Assembly: GCA_963717005.1 (NCBI GenBank)
Contig: OY970324.1
Coordinates: 4,426,573-4,490,572, forward strand
DNA length: 64,000 nt
Reading direction: 5' to 3'
Source: an uncultured delta proteobacterium
GTDB lineage: Bacteria > Desulfobacterota > Binatia > Binatales > Binataceae
Shown: positions 59,537 to 64,000 of the stretch, piece by piece
How the letters are laid out: every line of letters starts with the position of its first letter
Position numbering within the stretch: the stretch's first letter is position 1
The notes under the pieces: model-generated
What the model saw: the letters and a program-made list of their open reading frames with translations, nothing else
What the model was told of the DNA's origin: nothing
The model's database searches: none
Position numbers and translations under genes: made by a program

Positions 59537-59869
59537 GTGAAGACGCTTGGCGTATGGCTGTTGACGTCGTTGCTCGTCGTCACTTGCGCATCGTCAGGTG
59601 CAACCGCAAGGATTGGGAGGACGCAAGGCGGAGCGGTTCACGCAGCCTTCAATCTCCCGCTGCGCAGTGCCCGGCGCCCACGCCGAGAGCTGCCGCTTGA
59701 GGAGAACCTCCGCTCGCTCTCTGTGCAAGAGGTGTCCGCCCAGCGAGGGTCGTTCGGAAGCTTATCCGATATGCGCTTGCGACGTATGTCGTGTTTTTCG
59801 GAGCGAAGATTTTCCTTTACTACTGTGACTTCCTTTCCTCTCGCTCGGCTCTGCCGTCTAAGAATTTAG
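59537..59869 (+). CDS. Hypothetical leader ORF upstream of mprF
   Basis: Signal-peptide-like N-terminus MKTLGVWLLTSLLVVTCA; C-terminal LARLCRLRI. Confidence 0.5.
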   Translation: MKTLGVWLLTSLLVVTCASSGATARIGRTQGGAVHAAFNLPLRSARRPRRELPLEENLRSLSVQEVSAQRGSFGSLSDMRLRRMSCFSERRFSFTTVTSFPLARLCRLRI

Positions 59870-59973
59870 CTCGCTCCACCGAATCACGTTTTGCGGGATA
59901 TTGCCGGGGATAAGTCTCCGGAGCATGCCCGGCGATCGCCTGGTATCTGAACCCCAAACAGACGCTGTCGCCC

Positions 59974-62571
59974 ATGGACAAAGAACTGCATAACACCACT
60001 CGTTCGCTGACCGGTCGCGCGAAGATTCTGCGGCGGATCGCAGGTCCTATCGCCGCGATCGCTGCATGCGCGCTACTGCTGGTCCTTCTGAAGGGTTTGT
60101 CACGCGGCCTCGACTATCACGGAGTGACAGCGGCGCTTCGCACGACCCCGCATCGACTTGTCTGGATTTCCATTCTGCTTACCGCAGTTAGCTACCTGGC
60201 GCTGGTCGCGCGCGATCTGTGCGCGTTGGGTTATGTCGGCGTCCAGGTATCGACCCCCGCCCTGCTGCTGGCATCTTTCTGCGGCTCCGCGCTCGGCAAC
60301 GCCGTCAGTTTCAAGGCGCTGACCGCCGATGCGGTTCGCGATCGCGTCTATGGCGCGGTCGGCGTGCGCCCTGAGCAGACCGCGCGCGTCATGCTCTTTA
60401 TCAATGTGGCATTTGGAATTGGCCTCGCGGCGTTCGCAGCTCTTTGCCTGATGCTCGCGGGGAGTGCGATCGCGCACTTGTTGCCTGCCTCGATCGCGAT
60501 GATTCGCGGCGTTGGCGCCGCCGCGTTGCTCGCGATCCTGCTCGCGCTGCTGCTCCGCTCATGGCGGCGGCGGCCAGTTGCAATCGGGCGGCTTTCGATC
60601 GCGATGCCTTCGCTTAGCCTTACGCTGCTGCAACTCGTGGCAAGCGCAGTCGATCTGGCGGCGGCGGCGGCGGCATTCTGGTTCCTGCTGCCGCGCGCGC
60701 AGATCGACTTCTTCAGTTTTGCGGCGGTCTTTTCGGCGGCGACTGCGCTGAGTGTGCTCAGCCGGATCCCGGGTGGCCTCGGTGTTTTCGACGTCGTCAT
60801 TTTCCTTGCGCTGAGACGCTTTGTGCCATCCAACGAGTTGGTCGCCGCACTGCTGATTTATCGCGGCGTGTATTTCGTGCTGCCTATCCTGCTCGCCGCG
60901 GCGTCACTGGCGGTGTTGGAACTCAGGAGCGTGCCGGGCCGTTTCGGCTCCAGGTCGGGAGACCGCGTTTCGCTGGGCGCCGCACTGCTCGCGCCGATTT
61001 TTCTAAGTGCGGTGACATTCGCCGTCGGCGTTCTTTTGGTGGTATCGGGCGCGACACCTGCGATCGATTGGCGCCTGGCGGCCCTACAAGGTGTTCTGCC
61101 GCTGTGGGCTGTAGAAATCTCGCACCTGCTTGCCACTCTGACCGGGGTTCTTCTGCTGTTCGTCGCTCGCGGCTTATATCATCGCCTCGATGGCGCCTGG
61201 TGGCTGGCGCTGATCGTCGCGTTGGCCGACGTTGCGTTCAGTCTGATCAAGGGACTCGCATTCGGCGAGACCGCGGCAATCGTTTTCCTGGTCTGTCTTC
61301 TGCTCGCAACGCGCCGCGAGTTCACCCGGCCCGCGGCGTTCATGCATCAGCCGTTCAGATTGGGCTGGTTCATCGCGATCGCCGTCGTCATCGCTTGCGC
61401 CTTAGGCATCCTGTTCTTCGCCTTCCGTGACGTCGCCTATCGGCGGGAAATCTGGTGGCAATTCGAGTTCGACGCGCAGGCATCCAGGTCGCTGCGAGCG
61501 ATTCTCGCGGCGTCGATTCTGGCGCTCGGCATTTCGCTATGGCAGTTGCTGCGGACGGCGCCGGGCCGGGTCGAGGCGCCTTCGGAAGAAGACCTGGCGC
61601 GCGCGGCGGCTATCATTCGCGGCCAGCAGTACAGCGCCGCGGCACTGGCGCTGATGGGAGACAAGAGCTTCCTGTTCTCCAGCTCGGGAAACTCGTTCCT
61701 TATGTATGCCAAGCGCGGCAGGAGCTGGGTCGCTCTGTTCGATCCGGTAGGACGCCCCGAGGAGTGGCCGGAACTGGTTTGGCGCTTCGTCGAACTTGCC
61801 GACAAGCACGGCGGACGAGCAGCTTTCTATCAAGTTCGTCCCGATAGCCTGCCGCTTTACCTCGACGCGGGTCTCAGGGTCGTAAAGGTCGGTGAGGAGG
61901 CCTGCATCTATCTGGACCAATTCAGCCTGGAAGGTTCCGCGCGCTACGGGCTGCGCCAGGCGCTGAAGCGCGGCGAGCGGGAAGGTCTGACCTTCCAGAT
62001 TCTGCCTCCACAACACGCCTGCCGCGAACGGCACGCGCTCGGTGAGATCTCGGAAAGGTGGCTCGCCAGCCATCATAGCGTCGAACGACGATTCTCGGTT
62101 GCGGGATTCGAGCCGCGGTTCGTCGAGGCTCAATCGGCGGCGTTGCTATCGCAGCACGGCAAGCCGCTCGCGTTCGTCACTTTCATGACGACGGATCCGC
62201 AGACCGAAGCCACCGTAGGTCTTATGCGGCAGGTACCCGGCGCGCCAGCCTGTACGATGGAGTGCTTGTTCACGCAATTGGCATTGGAGCTGAAAGCCAG
62301 GGGCTTCAAGCGGCTTAGCCTTGGGATGGCGCCGCTGGCGGGAATTGCGCGCACGCCGCTGTCGTCACGATGGCATCGTGTGGCCGGCCTGGTGTGGGAA
62401 CATGGCAAACCCATTTACAATTTTCAGGGCCTGCGCAGTTTCAAGAATAAGTTCCGCCCGGTCTGGGAACCTCGGTATCTTGCGGCATCGGGCGCAGCCG
62501 GTCCGTTCATCACGCTGGCGGACGTGGCCGCGCTCGCCAGCGGATACAGGCGAGGTTCCTCCGCGACATGA
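59974..62571 (+). CDS. mprF: Bifunctional aminoacyl-phosphatidylglycerol synthase/flippase
   Basis: PGGLGVFD, LLIYRGVYF, WWQFEFD, MGDKSFLFS, GEEA, LMR, LSLGMAPL, YNFQGLRSFKNKF.PVWEPRYL. Confidence 0.96.
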   Translation: MDKELHNTTRSLTGRAKILRRIAGPIAAIAACALLLVLLKGLSRGLDYHGVTAALRTTPHRLVWISILLTAVSYLALVARDLCALGYVGVQVSTPALLLASFCGSALGNAVSFKALTADAVRDRVYGAVGVRPEQTARVMLFINVAFGIGLAAFAALCLMLAGSAIAHLLPASIAMIRGVGAAALLAILLALLLRSWRRRPVAIGRLSIAMPSLSLTLLQLVASAVDLAAAAAAFWFLLPRAQIDFFSFAAVFSAATALSVLSRIPGGLGVFDVVIFLALRRFVPSNELVAALLIYRGVYFVLPILLAAASLAVLELRSVPGRFGSRSGDRVSLGAALLAPIFLSAVTFAVGVLLVVSGATPAIDWRLAALQGVLPLWAVEISHLLATLTGVLLLFVARGLYHRLDGAWWLALIVALADVAFSLIKGLAFGETAAIVFLVCLLLATRREFTRPAAFMHQPFRLGWFIAIAVVIACALGILFFAFRDVAYRREIWWQFEFDAQASRSLRAILAASILALGISLWQLLRTAPGRVEAPSEEDLARAAAIIRGQQYSAAALALMGDKSFLFSSSGNSFLMYAKRGRSWVALFDPVGRPEEWPELVWRFVELADKHGGRAAFYQVRPDSLPLYLDAGLRVVKVGEEACIYLDQFSLEGSARYGLRQALKRGEREGLTFQILPPQHACRERHALGEISERWLASHHSVERRFSVAGFEPRFVEAQSAALLSQHGKPLAFVTFMTTDPQTEATVGLMRQVPGAPACTMECLFTQLALELKARGFKRLSLGMAPLAGIARTPLSSRWHRVAGLVWEHGKPIYNFQGLRSFKNKFRPVWEPRYLAASGAAGPFITLADVAALASGYRRGSSAT

Positions 62572-63980
62572 ATGGTCTGCGTTGTACGATCGCGCTCATC
62601 GTTGCCGTCGTTTGCCTCTGCGCTTCGCCTGCATGCGCGTTCGAGCCCGGGCGCTACGGCAGCGTCAAACTCGTCGAGCCAACGGGCCAGGCTCGCGCCG
62701 TAGTGGTTTACTTTTCCGGGCGAAGAGGGCTCTCGACGGCCGACGAGACTGCCGCGAAGGCCATTGCGAAAGGCGGGGCGCTGGTCGCCGAGATCGATAG
62801 CAGAAATTATTTGAAACGTCTCGATAAGCTCAAGGAGAAGTGCCACGAGCTGGTTTACGACATGGAGCTGCTCACCCGCCAGCTTGAGCGAGAGCGGCGG
62901 CTCCAATCCTACCTGACGCCGATCGTCGCGGGCGTCGGCGAAGGCGGGACACTCGCCGAATTGAACCTGGTCCAGGCTCCCGCGGTCACAGTCGCTGGTG
63001 CCGTGTCGATCGATCCCGCGGAGACAATCGCGGGCAGGCAACCAATTTGTTCCGACCTGCCCACGACGGCGCGTAGAGGCGGATTTCGCTACGGCGCTCC
63101 GAAACAACTGCCCGGCTTCTGGACCGTCGGATTGACGCATCGGGTGCGCAGGGCCGATCGCGATTACGTGATGAGACTGCGTCACGACGGCGCGCCGATT
63201 GATCTCCACGAGATGCCGCGCAGCATGACGCCAGGCGACGCCTTGCGCGAGTTGATCGAGCCGCATCTCGCGCCGCTCCGGCCCGCTGTCACAAACACTC
63301 CCGCAAACATTCCGAAGGTTGATATCTCCGAGTTGCCGCTCGCCGAGCTGCCGGTTGACCATCCGTCGAAGCTGATGGCGGTCCTTCTCTCTGGTGACGG
63401 CGGCTGGCGCGATCTCGACAAGACCATCGCGGAAGACCTTCAAAAGCAAGGTGTGCCGGTAGTTGGTTTGGACACCTTGCGATATTTCTGGAGCAAGAAG
63501 ACCCCGCAGCAGACCGCGGACGTGGTCGCGGCGCTGATTCAGACGTTCATGGCCAAATGGAAAGCCGACCAGGTCGCGTTGATTGGTTATTCCTTCGGCG
63601 CCGATGTGATTCCGTTTGCCTACAACCGATTGCCACCGAGCTTGCGCGAGCATGTGGTTCTGATCGCTCTGCTCGGACTGTCGAAGGCGGCGGATTTCGA
63701 AATCTCGGTGCGCGGATGGCTGGGCGAACCGCCCGGTCCCGACGCGCTTCCGGTGCTGCCGCAAGCAACCAAAATTCCGCCGCAACTGATCCAGTGTTTT
63801 TATGGCGAGAACGAAACCGATACAGCCTGTCCTGCGCTCGCAAGTCGAGGCGTCGAAACCTTCCGCCGGAACGGCGCTCATCACTACGACGGCAACTACG
63901 AAGTGCTGGCCGATGCGATCCTCGCGGGCTTCAAAAAGCGGGCGAGTGTACTATCGAAGTCAGACCGTGCAAGCGACTGA
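62568..63980 (+). CDS. acvB: AcvB/VirJ family aminoacyl-PG hydrolase
   Basis: SGDGGWRDLD, LRYFW, IGYSFGAD, CFYGE.E, HHYDGNY; ATGA overlap with mprF. Confidence 0.93.
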   Translation: MNGLRCTIALIVAVVCLCASPACAFEPGRYGSVKLVEPTGQARAVVVYFSGRRGLSTADETAAKAIAKGGALVAEIDSRNYLKRLDKLKEKCHELVYDMELLTRQLERERRLQSYLTPIVAGVGEGGTLAELNLVQAPAVTVAGAVSIDPAETIAGRQPICSDLPTTARRGGFRYGAPKQLPGFWTVGLTHRVRRADRDYVMRLRHDGAPIDLHEMPRSMTPGDALRELIEPHLAPLRPAVTNTPANIPKVDISELPLAELPVDHPSKLMAVLLSGDGGWRDLDKTIAEDLQKQGVPVVGLDTLRYFWSKKTPQQTADVVAALIQTFMAKWKADQVALIGYSFGADVIPFAYNRLPPSLREHVVLIALLGLSKAADFEISVRGWLGEPPGPDALPVLPQATKIPPQLIQCFYGENETDTACPALASRGVETFRRNGAHHYDGNYEVLADAILAGFKKRASVLSKSDRASD

Positions 63981-64000
63981 CCCGATGCCCTTGATCCGTT

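Noticed and set aside
59974-63980. mprF-acvB pair as a novel system
   Set aside because: Well-described lpiA/mprF-acvB(virJ) operon

Overview
A GC-rich chromosomal window (roughly 63-65% by eye) of an environmental bacterium. Gene content suggests Candidatus Binatia/Binataceae or a related deltaproteobacterial lineage; this is inference from a DUF1329 protein, an F420-type LLM, paralogous atypical Crp regulators and Flp pilins. The left part is mostly housekeeping and catabolic: proA-nadD-rsfS, an acyl-CoA/crotonase/amidohydrolase operon, ygfZ, efp, a Rieske protein, AidB-like and YcaQ genes, and a sigma54 two-component system. The middle is a patchwork of accessory genes and deletion scars: a sedolisin pro-domain remnant, a GH38 fragment fused to a surface-protein tail, and orphan Flp pilins. 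The right part holds an RND efflux operon, asnB-like, DUF1329 and mprF-acvB/virJ genes. Highlights missed or split by the ORF track: (1) an iodothyronine-deiodinase-like selenoprotein (56170-56850) with an in-frame UGA in FGSYT-U-PPF and a SECIS-like hairpin 11 nt downstream; (2) a 47-aa desulforedoxin-like protein ending KPLPSSD at the head of the amidohydrolase/crotonase/CoA-ligase cassette; (3) two ~110-aa signal-peptide-bearing leader ORFs before the RND and mprF operons that may be cis-acting translational sensors; (4) a structured ~80-100 bp repeat family with compensatory base changes; (5) sigma54 promoters before both Crp-like genes; (6) an EF-P with Asn instead of Lys/Arg at the loop tip. 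No rRNA, tRNA, CRISPR array or intact transposase was seen.
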